The notes under the pieces were generated by a model. It ran no database searches. It was not told where the DNA came from and was given only the letters and a program-made list of their open reading frames with translations. Both the position numbers and the translations under genes were made by a program. From Vulcanimicrobiota bacterium (GTDB lineage Bacteria; Vulcanimicrobiota; Vulcanimicrobiia; Vulcanimicrobiales; Vulcanimicrobiaceae), in the NCBI GenBank assembly GCA_003135555.1, contig PLCF01000047.1, positions 1 through 63,386 on the forward strand: a stretch of 63,386 nt of DNA, read 5' to 3'. Shown here piece after piece: positions 44,213 to 53,189 of the stretch (the first letter of the stretch is position 1; every line of letters begins with the position of its first letter).

Positions 44213-45196
44213 TCAGGCGCCGCGCCAGCCGAGGGCTTTGGCGGCGAGTTCGACCCGGTTGCGGGCGCGGGTTTTGAGCATCATGCGCTTGATGTGGTCG
44301 TGCGCGGTCGATTCGGCGATGTCGAGCGCCGTCGCGATCTGTGGGGTCCCGAAGCCTTTGAGGACCAGCGAGAGCACTTCGAGCTCGCGCGAGCTCATCC
44401 CGAACTTCTCGGCCGCATGACGCAGCGGGTTGCGCGAACGGTAGCGCTCGACGAGCACGCCGATCTTGGGGCCGGCCGCGCCGGTGAGCGGCGCCACGCG
44501 CACGACCATGAACGGCAGCGGCACCACCGTGCCGGGCTCCCAGCTGGCGGGATCGTCGGTCCACCCTGCGGTGACGGAGCGGACCGCGCTCTCGACGACG
44601 GGGGGCAGGCCGTCCTCGGCCAGCTCGAGGATGCTTTGGAGCACGTCGTTGGGATCGTCGTCGGGGATCCACCTCGACTCGACTACGTAGTCTCGGGTGA
44701 GCACGAAGTGGGCCGGCGAGGCCCGCTCGGCGGTGCGCTCCTGGGCGCTCTGCTCGCCCTCGAAGGTCGACAGGCGGCGCATCAGCTCGGAGCCGGAGCG
44801 CAGGGTCGCTTCGAGCTGCTGGCGCTCGTCGGCGTTGAAGCTGCGCGGGCGAGCGACGATGGCCAGACCGAAGATGGTGCGGTCGACGCCGTAGACCGCG
44901 ACCAGGCCGCGCATCCCGTCCAAGGCGATCATCGCGTCGGTGACCCGGGGGATGTGGGCCTCGGAGCGGGACTGGAGGAGGCGCTCGGCCTGCAGCCACT
45001 CGGTCTGGCGCGACGGGTTGCCGTGGTCCTCGGCCAGGATCATCTCGCTCTGGATCCCGTTCTGGTCGTAGCGCGACAAGATCACGTAGCTGGCCTTGAC
45101 CAAGGTCCGCAGTTCGCCCACGAAGGCGCCGGTCCGGTCGGCTTCGGGAACGGCCGTGATCACGGCCGCGGCGGGCGAGGTTCGTCGAGTAGACAC
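44213..45196 (-). CDS. LuxR-family HTH regulator with sensory-like N-terminal domains
   Basis: MSSRELEVL...GFGTPQIATALDIAESTAHDHIKRM; start uncertain. Confidence 0.88.
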   Translation of the reverse strand: MSTRRTSPAAAVITAVPEADRTGAFVGELRTLVKASYVILSRYDQNGIQSEMILAEDHGNPSRQTEWLQAERLLQSRSEAHIPRVTDAMIALDGMRGLVAVYGVDRTIFGLAIVARPRSFNADERQQLEATLRSGSELMRRLSTFEGEQSAQERTAERASPAHFVLTRDYVVESRWIPDDDPNDVLQSILELAEDGLPPVVESAVRSVTAGWTDDPASWEPGTVVPLPFMVVRVAPLTGAAGPKIGVLVERYRSRNPLRHAAEKFGMSSRELEVLSLVLKGFGTPQIATALDIAESTAHDHIKRMMLKTRARNRVELAAKALGWRGA

Positions 45197-45360
45197 GATG
45201 CTATACCCTATCCCGTCGGCCCCTGGTCCACACACCCCCCTTCCCTGAAGTCCCACCCCAAGAACCCCCAATCCTGGGGGGTGCATCCGACTCCGTAAAA
45301 GGCGACAGTATAGGCGACCCGGATAGTCGCAACGGCCCACCCCAAAGGACTGAGGACTTC

Positions 45361-46035
45361 ATGCTAGCCGCCACCATCGCCAACGCCGCCACCGCCCCTT
45401 CGGTCGCGAAGCCTGTACGCGTGCTCGTCATCGAGGGCCAGGCGCTCTTCGGGAAAGCCCTCTGCCAGGTGTTGGGCGGCGACCCCGAGATCGAAGTCGT
45501 CGGCGACGCCGACTCCGTCGCGAACGCGCAGCTGCGCCGGACGCGGCCGGACCTCATCATCCTCGACCTCGACGGCCATCACGTCGAGTTCTCCGAGGCG
45601 ATGCGCATGATCCGCGAGTTAGCGCCTCAGGCGAAGGTCTGCGTACTTTCGACCCACGTCCAGCCCGAGGTGATGCAGCGCTGCCTCAGCGCGGGTGCCG
45701 ACGGCTACGTGGTCAAGGACATCCTGCCCGTCGAGTTGATCCGGGCGGTGAAGAGCGTGGCCAGCGGCCACGCCTACGTCGATCCGCGGGTCGCCGGCGG
45801 CGTCCTCAAGCGGCGCTCCAACGGTTTCGGGCGCACCGCCCAGAACGAGCTGTCGGTCCGCGAGACCGAGATCATCCGGCTGATCGCCCGCGGGATGTCC
45901 AACAAGGAGATCAGCGCGAAGCTCCACCTCTCCGAGAAGACGGTCAAGAACCACATCAGCCGGATCTTCGCGAAGCTCAACATCACCGCGCGCACCCAAG
46001 CCGCCGTCCACGCGATCAAAACCGGACTCGCCTGA
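45361..46035 (+). CDS. NarL/FixJ-family response regulator
   Basis: Receiver LIILDLD...GYVVK; HTH LSVRE...GMSNKEISAKLHLSEKTVKNH. Confidence 0.93.
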   Translation: MLAATIANAATAPSVAKPVRVLVIEGQALFGKALCQVLGGDPEIEVVGDADSVANAQLRRTRPDLIILDLDGHHVEFSEAMRMIRELAPQAKVCVLSTHVQPEVMQRCLSAGADGYVVKDILPVELIRAVKSVASGHAYVDPRVAGGVLKRRSNGFGRTAQNELSVRETEIIRLIARGMSNKEISAKLHLSEKTVKNHISRIFAKLNITARTQAAVHAIKTGLA

Positions 46036-46164
46036 TTCGGATCGCTGCGCTCCCGAATCCATCGGCATGACGTCCGCTTCGCTCTGTCAGCCTTCCCGCA
46101 ACATCCGGGCGGCGGCGCTCTTTTAGTCTAACGACCACGAAACGCGTAGGCCGCAAGGCCTCGT

Positions 46165-46575
46165 GTGACGGGACCAACTACGCGGTACCGGACAAACGTG
46201 GACTCGTACGTCGTGGAGCCCCAGGCTCTGTTCGTCCCTTACCTCAGCGATGTTCTAGCGGGGGCGGAGATGCGGGTCGTACGCGTCGCGCCGACCCTCG
46301 ACGTCGACGACATCCTGGCGACGGGTCCCGAAGCGCTCTTCGTCGACACCGACTTCCTGGACGGCGATCCGGCCGACGCGGTGAGCGCGATGCGCGAAGC
46401 CCTGCCGCGAGCCTTCATCTGCGCCTACACCGACGGCGAAGGGGCGCGCGCCGACCGGCTGCGCTTCGCCGGGGCGAACTGCGTGCTCTCCAAGCGCTCG
46501 GGCGTCGGGGAGATCACCGACGCCTTGCGGACCGCGCGAACGCGCGGAGCGTTCACCGACCCGCGCTGCGTCTAG
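46165..46575 (+). CDS. Stand-alone atypical receiver domain protein
   Basis: VVEPQ...LFVDTD...AYT...GANCVLSK pattern. Confidence 0.7.
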   Translation: MTGPTTRYRTNVDSYVVEPQALFVPYLSDVLAGAEMRVVRVAPTLDVDDILATGPEALFVDTDFLDGDPADAVSAMREALPRAFICAYTDGEGARADRLRFAGANCVLSKRSGVGEITDALRTARTRGAFTDPRCV

Positions 46576-46739
46576 CAGGCTGCGGAAAAATCCCACGCGC
46601 CAGTCGCCGCGGGTCTTTTCCGCCGACTCTTCGTCGCTGCGCCAGTCACAATCTACGGCATTGCTCCTTCCTCGCTCCTCGATTCGACGAAAAATCCTCC
46701 GCGGCTTTGTGGCACGGAGATTCTTCCGCAGCCTGCTAG
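46572..46739. mobile_element. 168-bp MITE-like element
   Basis: Terminal inverted repeats CTAGCAGGCTGCGGAAAAATC / GATTCTTCCGCAGCCTGCTAG (20/21); CTAG at both ends; no transposase. Confidence 0.75.
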
Positions 46740-46740
46740 C

Positions 46741-47091
46741 TCAGCGCAGCATCCAGGGCTCGGGCGCGATCCGGCGCCGGCCGCCCACATAGAGGTAGCG
46801 CCCGCTGCGGGTGGTGCGCGGCGGCGCGGTAAGCATCGCGTTGTCGCGCTCGAGCTCGAACACGGTTTCCCCGCCGGCGGTGTAGCGCAGCCGGTGGCCG
46901 TTCCCGTCGAGGACGACGTCGCGCTGCGTCGCCTCGCCGATGTTGAGCTGCATGAGGCGCATCGCCGCGAAGCCGCCGTGCTGCTGCGGCGGGCACAAAA
47001 CCCAGCCATGCAGCGACGAGAGACTGTAGTACGAGCGCAGCACGCCGCAGACCCGGATCTGGCTGCCGGTGGAGACGATCGTAATCGTCAG
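46741..47091 (-). CDS. Hypothetical protein
   Basis: Open frame with host-like codon usage filling the gap; no canonical start near the apparent N-terminus. Confidence 0.4.
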   Translation of the reverse strand: MTITIVSTGSQIRVCGVLRSYYSLSSLHGWVLCPPQQHGGFAAMRLMQLNIGEATQRDVVLDGNGHRLRYTAGGETVFELERDNAMLTAPPRTTRSGRYLYVGGRRRIAPEPWMLR

Positions 47092-47308
47092 AACGCAGGG
47101 CTTCTCGGCGAGCTGTAAGAGCTGCCGGTGAAAGACGCCAAGCCGCAAAGCACACCCCTTCTGTTGCGAGCGGGATCGTCGAAGACTACGGCGGTCGGTA
47201 CCCCGGGGTCCTGGTAGCCACTTCTGACCACCCGCAATCTGTGGAGAACGCCGCCGGCGCCCCTGGCCGGACGGTCGGCTCGGCGCAGATGGCGAAGTGA
47301 TGCTGCAC

Positions 47309-49138
47309 ATGGCTGTCCAGACGGCGGAGTTGCGCGAGGCGCTGGAGCGCTGGTTCGGGTTCCCGACGTTTCGGCCGTCACAAGAGGCGATCGTGCGCGA
47401 CGTGCTGGGCGGCCGCGACGTTTTCGCGCTGTTGCCGACCGGCGGCGGCAAGTCGCTGTGCTACCAATTGCCGGCGCTGCTCACGCCCGGGCTCACGGTC
47501 GTGATCTCGCCCTTGATCGCGCTGATGAAGGATCAAGTCGACGCGCTCGACACGGCCGGCATCGCGGCGACGGCGCTCAACTCGTCGCTGGATCGGCCCG
47601 CGCTGCAGCGGCGCCTGGACCGGCTCGAACGCGGCGAGTACAAGCTGCTCTACGTTGCTCCCGAACGGCTGACGCTACCCGGATTCAGCGACGACCTCGA
47701 GCGCTGGGGCGTCGCGCGCTTCGTCGTCGACGAGGCGCACTGCATCAGCGAGTGGGGACACGACTTTCGGCCCGAGTACCGCCGCATCTCTCCGCTGCGC
47801 GAACGGTTCCCGGAGGTCCCATTCTGCGCGTTCACCGCGACCGCGACGGCGCGCGTCCGCGACGACGTCGTAGCGCAGCTCGGGCTGCGCCGGCCGGCGG
47901 TGCACGTCGCGTCGTTCGACCGCGCCAACCTGGCCTATCGCGTCGTGCACGCACCGCGTACCGTCGACGCGCTGGTGGCGTGGTTGCGCGCGCGACCCGA
48001 CGACGAGGCGGGGATCGTGTATGCGGGGAGCCGGGCGAACTCCGACAAGCTCGCCGACGCGCTGAGCGCTGCCGGGATCCCCGCGCTGGCGTACCATGCC
48101 GGCCTCGACAGCGCGACGCGCGCGAAGCGCCAAGAAGCCTTCATCCGCGACGACGTACGCGTGATGTGCGCGACGATCGCCTTCGGGATGGGGATCGACA
48201 AGTCCGACGTGCGCTTCGTCCTGCACTGGGACGTGCCGCGCAGTCTCGAAGGCTACTATCAAGAGACCGGGCGTGCCGGTCGCGACGGCCTGCCCGCCGA
48301 CTGCACGCTGTTCTTCGCGTACGGGGACATCGCGCGCGTCGAGCGTTTCATCGAAGAAAAACCACCGGGCGAGCAGGCCGCCGCGCGGGCCCAGCTCGAG
48401 CGTGTCAAGCACTACGCCTATTCGAACGGGTGCCGCCGTCGCGAACTGCTGGCGTACTTCGGCGAAACGTACCCGCACGAGCGCTGCGACAACTGTGACA
48501 ACTGCGTGGCGCCGCGGGCCTCGTACGATGCCACGGTCGACGCGCAAAAGCTCCTCTCGTGCATCTACCGCGTGAGCGAGGCCAACGGGTACGGTGCGGG
48601 GATTGCGCATACGATTGACGTGCTCGTCGGCGCGAAGACGGAGAAGATCGAGCGCTGGTACCACGACCGCCTCTCGACCTATGGGATCGGCAGGGAGCGG
48701 GATCGCCGCACCTGGCGCCACCTCGCCGAGGAGTTGTTGCGCCTGGGCCTGATCAGCCAAGACGCGGCCCGCCACAACGTCGTCGCGCTCACCGACGCCG
48801 GTAAGCGGGCGCTGGTTTCCCGGAGTCCGGTAAGCGTGCGGGAGGCCGTGGCGCAGGTTCCCGGGCGGCGCGGCCGCTCGGCGGCGGCACGCCCCGACGA
48901 CGAAGACTACGACCGGGAGCTGTTCGGCGCGCTGCGCGCGCTGCGCCGCGAGATCGCGACCGAGCGCGACGTTCCCCCGTACGTCGTGTTCAGCGACGCG
49001 GTCCTGCGCGCCATGGCGCGCGAGGTCCCGCGGACCCCTACGCAACTGCGTGCGATCAGCGGGGTTGGGGAAAAGAAGCTGGCCGACTTCGGCGCGCGGT
49101 TCTTAGCCGCGATCGAGGAGAGCGCGGTTAAACGATAG
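47309..49138 (+). CDS. recQ: ATP-dependent DNA helicase RecQ
   Basis: PTGGGKSLCYQ, DEAHCISEWGHDFRP, QETGRAGRDG, Zn CRR...CDNCDNC, HRDC (VPPYVVFSD). Confidence 0.97.
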   Translation: MAVQTAELREALERWFGFPTFRPSQEAIVRDVLGGRDVFALLPTGGGKSLCYQLPALLTPGLTVVISPLIALMKDQVDALDTAGIAATALNSSLDRPALQRRLDRLERGEYKLLYVAPERLTLPGFSDDLERWGVARFVVDEAHCISEWGHDFRPEYRRISPLRERFPEVPFCAFTATATARVRDDVVAQLGLRRPAVHVASFDRANLAYRVVHAPRTVDALVAWLRARPDDEAGIVYAGSRANSDKLADALSAAGIPALAYHAGLDSATRAKRQEAFIRDDVRVMCATIAFGMGIDKSDVRFVLHWDVPRSLEGYYQETGRAGRDGLPADCTLFFAYGDIARVERFIEEKPPGEQAAARAQLERVKHYAYSNGCRRRELLAYFGETYPHERCDNCDNCVAPRASYDATVDAQKLLSCIYRVSEANGYGAGIAHTIDVLVGAKTEKIERWYHDRLSTYGIGRERDRRTWRHLAEELLRLGLISQDAARHNVVALTDAGKRALVSRSPVSVREAVAQVPGRRGRSAAARPDDEDYDRELFGALRALRREIATERDVPPYVVFSDAVLRAMAREVPRTPTQLRAISGVGEKKLADFGARFLAAIEESAVKR

Positions 49139-49196
49139 CGACGTGGCCGACGTTCTCAGGAACAGCACAGACCTCAATGGCAGGATTTCGCACGAA

Positions 49197-52100
49197 ATGA
49201 ACAGGGCGCTGGGCCGCTTGGCGGCAGTGGTGCTCGGGCTTTCGTTGCTCGTCGGACCGATCGGTGCGATCGGCCCGGCGAGCGCGCAGAGCTCGAGCGA
49301 CACCGGGATCATCCAAATCACCGTCAAGGACGCGGCGGCGCAGAAAGCGCTGGCCGACGCCCGGGTGTTTCTCGTCGGCCCCACCGTGGCGAGCGCGCTC
49401 ACGACCAAGAGCGGGATCGTGAAGTACACCGACGTCCCCAGCGGCATCTACCGCGTGCGGGTGAACAAGAGCGGCTTCACCGGCGTCACCTCGGCCGCGT
49501 TCGAGGTCCTGGGCAACAAGCAGGTCTCCGTCGACGTCGACCTGGGCGTGCAGAAACCGGCCACCGCGCAGACCAGCACCTCGAACACCGACACCGGCGG
49601 GCTCAAGATCATCGGCTCGGTGCGCGCCCGGGTGACCGTGTCGACGACCGACGTCGACGATTCGAGCGGCGTGCGGCGCATCTCCGACTCGCTCACCGAC
49701 GCACTCTCGTCGATCGGCGGCGTCGACGTGACGCAGGACTCCAACGACCCGAACGCTCCGCAGACGATCTCGTTGCGGGGGCGCGACGAGTCGCAGACCG
49801 CGGTCACGCTCGACGGGATCCCGCTGGGCGCTCCGGGTGCCGCGACGAACCTGCGCTCGATCAACACCGACTTATTCTCCGGCGCGGGCGTGAACTTCGG
49901 CGCGCAGGCCGGTGCGCTGGGCGGTTCGGTCAACTTTCGCACCCTGCAACCTACGCAGACCTGGCAGACGAAGTTCGCCTCGTCGTACGGGACCTTCGAC
50001 AAGTACAACTACCAGATCGGCGAGACCGGCTCGATCGGCAAGCTCGGGATCGCGCTGCTGCACACCAAGCGCGCCGGGAACAGCCCGCTCACCTTCCAAT
50101 CCTATCTGGACCAGAGTGGGTTCGACTACTCGCACGCCGGCGAGAGCGCGAACATCGGCGACTTCCTCAAGTTGCGCTACGGGCTGGGCGACAGCACGAC
50201 CCTGATGTTCACGGCGCTGCAGAACAATCAGGCCACGGCGTCGCTGTGCACGCAGTTTGTCACGCCGCTGCCGTGCGGTATCGGCCCCGACAACGGCAAC
50301 TCGGGCAAGTTCCAATTCATGTACACGACGGTGCAGTCGCTGATCGGCCAGACCGCCGTTTCGCTCACCGGCTACGTCAACGACAACGTCTCGAACACCA
50401 ACGACCTCAACCGCTACGTCCAGCACGTGTGCCACGTCGGCGATCCGCTGGTCCCGGGCTGCACGCCCGGCACCGTGAGCACCATGCTCCAGCCGTACGC
50501 GGCGCAGAACGGCAGCCTGGCGCGCGGTCTCGCGGCCAGCGCGACGCTCACCCGCGACAAGCACACCATCACGCTGTCGGGCTCGACCTACGCCGCGATC
50601 ACGAGCTTCATGCCGCTCGTGGGCGGCAGCGGCTTCGTCCTTCCGTCGACGTTTGCGACCGCGTCGCGTCAGGTGCAGCTGGCCGATCAGTTCAAGGTCA
50701 ACGACAAGCTGACGTTGGGTCCGAACCTTTCGTATGCGGGAACGACCGGCTCGGGCTCGTCGCTGCTGACCGGCTTTAGCGCGGCCTGGCGACCGACGGG
50801 GAACGACACGTACAACGGGTCGATCTCGGTCGGCAGCTCGCAGGCTGCCAACGGCCTGGTGCGCTCGTTCAGCGATCCGTTATCGGCGCGGGTGAACTGC
50901 TTCGCCGACACCGCGCAGGTGAGCGGGCCGGGGGATCAACCGGGCCACCAGTCGGCGCTGAGCTACGATGCGTCCTGGACGCACGCGTTCGCGCACGGCC
51001 AATTCTCCGTGAGCACCTACCGGCAGACGCAGGCGGGCCAGCTCGTCGGTGCGCAGGTCACCGCGAACAGCCTGGGCCTCGATCCGACCAGCCCGTACTA
51101 CCAGCTCGTCACCGGCTACTTCAACAACGTCTGCGGCACCAACGCGGTCCCCAACCTCTACGTCCAGCAGCAGATCGGCGGCACGACGCGGCTCTACCAG
51201 GGCTACACGGCGACCGCGCGGATCGGCTTCGGCCGCAACGTCGTGGTCATTCCGTCCTACTCCACGCAAGTCTCCGAAATCACCGCCGCCAACCCGCGCT
51301 ACACGGGGTTGGACAGCACGCTGATCCTGGGCGAGCAAGTCCCGGGACGGCCGCTGCACACCGGTAACGTCACCATCGACGCGCTGCACCCCTCGAGCGG
51401 GACGGAGTTCTTGCTCAATGCGCGGTACGTCGGTCCGAACAACAACCAGCGGTTGGCGCCGTACACCTTGGTCAATGCCGGCCTGTCGCATGCGTTCGGG
51501 ATCGGCCGCATCACGGTGTTCGCGTCGAACCTGTTCAACACCGAGTCGGGCGACTTCTCGACGCTGTTGTACGCGCAGCCGATCCCGCTCAGCGGCGGCG
51601 GCACGCTGCTGCAAGCTGCGAACCCCAACACGCCGCGCCAGTACACCGTGACGTACTCGTTCAATACCGGTGCGCGGGCGGGTGCGGGCTTCGCGCGCAG
51701 TTCGAACACGCGCGGCGCACAGACCGGCGCGGCCGCGGCCGGCGCGCAGGGGCAGCAGCGCGGCGGACTGGGCTTCGGGCGCCTGCAGTTCATCGCGCCG
51801 CCGCCGGGTGTCGATCCGCTCACCATCGCGGTGACCCGGACCGAATGCACGGCCGACCTCAAGCCCGAGGCGCAGAAAGTGCTCGCACAGCTGGGCGCTG
51901 CCGCGGCGGCGTATGCCGCCGGAGCGACGACGTTGCCGCCGGTCGAAGGGCTGCTCGTCACGCCGCACGGCGATCCCAAGGCGACGTGGTACTTCGGACT
52001 CGGTCCGAACATCCCGGACAGCGTTCTGCGCGCCATGCAGCAACGCGCTACCGGCCAGAACGGTGCGCCGCGCGCGCCGGGGCCGCGCGCCCCGGGCGGC

Positions 52101-52499
52101 GACCCCGGCGGTTTCCAGGACCGCGTGATCGCGTCGTCTCCCAATACCGACGCCCAGCCGCGGCCGCAGTTCAGCCCGCCGCCCGAGCTCATCGCCGCGC
52201 TGGGGCCGCTGCGCGCGGTCTCGGCCTGCGCGTACGGCACGGTCCTGACGACCAACGAAGCTCGTGCGAAGGGCTACGACGTGCAGGCCGGCGTCCAGAT
52301 CGCGCCATCCGCGTCGCCGTCGCCGGCGGCGGCCGCGGTCGCGAGCCCCGCGCCGGCACCCTCGGGTAGTCCGGGTCCCGACGGACGCGGCGGCAACCGG
52401 CGGGGTTTTGGCAACGCGTTGTACTATGCACCGAACTTGGGCCTCTTCGTGGTCCGTCCGCCGGACCTCGGAACGGGCGGCGGGAGTGTGAAACAGTGA
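49197..52499 (+). CDS. TonB-dependent receptor with carboxypeptidase-regulatory-like N-domain and long C-terminal extension
   Basis: Signal peptide; VPSGIYRVRVNKSGF; plug ISLRG...VTLDGIP, GGSVNFRT; barrel end NLFN...PRQYTVTYSF. Confidence 0.85.
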   Translation: MNRALGRLAAVVLGLSLLVGPIGAIGPASAQSSSDTGIIQITVKDAAAQKALADARVFLVGPTVASALTTKSGIVKYTDVPSGIYRVRVNKSGFTGVTSAAFEVLGNKQVSVDVDLGVQKPATAQTSTSNTDTGGLKIIGSVRARVTVSTTDVDDSSGVRRISDSLTDALSSIGGVDVTQDSNDPNAPQTISLRGRDESQTAVTLDGIPLGAPGAATNLRSINTDLFSGAGVNFGAQAGALGGSVNFRTLQPTQTWQTKFASSYGTFDKYNYQIGETGSIGKLGIALLHTKRAGNSPLTFQSYLDQSGFDYSHAGESANIGDFLKLRYGLGDSTTLMFTALQNNQATASLCTQFVTPLPCGIGPDNGNSGKFQFMYTTVQSLIGQTAVSLTGYVNDNVSNTNDLNRYVQHVCHVGDPLVPGCTPGTVSTMLQPYAAQNGSLARGLAASATLTRDKHTITLSGSTYAAITSFMPLVGGSGFVLPSTFATASRQVQLADQFKVNDKLTLGPNLSYAGTTGSGSSLLTGFSAAWRPTGNDTYNGSISVGSSQAANGLVRSFSDPLSARVNCFADTAQVSGPGDQPGHQSALSYDASWTHAFAHGQFSVSTYRQTQAGQLVGAQVTANSLGLDPTSPYYQLVTGYFNNVCGTNAVPNLYVQQQIGGTTRLYQGYTATARIGFGRNVVVIPSYSTQVSEITAANPRYTGLDSTLILGEQVPGRPLHTGNVTIDALHPSSGTEFLLNARYVGPNNNQRLAPYTLVNAGLSHAFGIGRITVFASNLFNTESGDFSTLLYAQPIPLSGGGTLLQAANPNTPRQYTVTYSFNTGARAGAGFARSSNTRGAQTGAAAAGAQGQQRGGLGFGRLQFIAPPPGVDPLTIAVTRTECTADLKPEAQKVLAQLGAAAAAYAAGATTLPPVEGLLVTPHGDPKATWYFGLGPNIPDSVLRAMQQRATGQNGAPRAPGPRAPGGDPGGFQDRVIASSPNTDAQPRPQFSPPPELIAALGPLRAVSACAYGTVLTTNEARAKGYDVQAGVQIAPSASPSPAAAAVASPAPAPSGSPGPDGRGGNRRGFGNALYYAPNLGLFVVRPPDLGTGGGSVKQ

Positions 52500-53179
52500 T
52501 GGCAACTGCGCCGCGAGTGGTCGTGATCGACGACGAACGTCATCTGCGCGAACTGCTCGAATTGGGGCTCGCCGAAGACGGGTTCGAGGTGCGCTCCGCG
52601 CCCGACGGGCGGGCAGGGATGCAGCTCGTGCGCGAGTGGCGTCCCGACGCGATCGTCCTCGACGTCATGCTTCCGTTCGTCGACGGCCTCGAGCTGTTGC
52701 CGATGCTGCGGCGCGTGACCGAAGCCCCGATCCTCATGCTCAGCGCGAAAGCCGACACCGACGACCGCATCACCGGGCTGCGGCGCGGCGCCGACGATTA
52801 CATCTCCAAGCCCTTCGACATGTCGGAGCTCGTCGCGCGGCTGTACTCGGCGCTGCGGCGGCCGCGGCTCGAGCAGCCTTCGATCGTGGCCTACGCCGAT
52901 CTGTCGATCGATCTGGACCGCCGCGATGTGAAGCGCGGCGATCAGCGCATCGAACTGTCGGCCCGCGAGTACGCGTTGCTGCTGACCTTCGTGCGCAATC
53001 CCGAGCGTGTGTTCACGCGCGATCAGCTGCTCGATCTCGTCTGGGGGACCGACCGCGACGTCGGGCCCGGCGCGGTCGAGACCTACGTGTCGTACTTGCG
53101 CGCGAAGATCGACGCCGGCTTCGAACCCAAGCTGATCCGCACGATCCGCGGCGCGGGTTACGCGTTGCGCACCCATTAA
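52499..53179 (+). CDS. OmpR/PhoB-family response regulator (MprA-like)
   Basis: IDDE, LDVMLP, GADDYISKPF, IRTIRGAGY; TGATG coupled to the receptor gene. Confidence 0.95.
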   Translation: MATAPRVVVIDDERHLRELLELGLAEDGFEVRSAPDGRAGMQLVREWRPDAIVLDVMLPFVDGLELLPMLRRVTEAPILMLSAKADTDDRITGLRRGADDYISKPFDMSELVARLYSALRRPRLEQPSIVAYADLSIDLDRRDVKRGDQRIELSAREYALLLTFVRNPERVFTRDQLLDLVWGTDRDVGPGAVETYVSYLRAKIDAGFEPKLIRTIRGAGYALRTH

Positions 53180-53189
53180 GTAAACGTCG

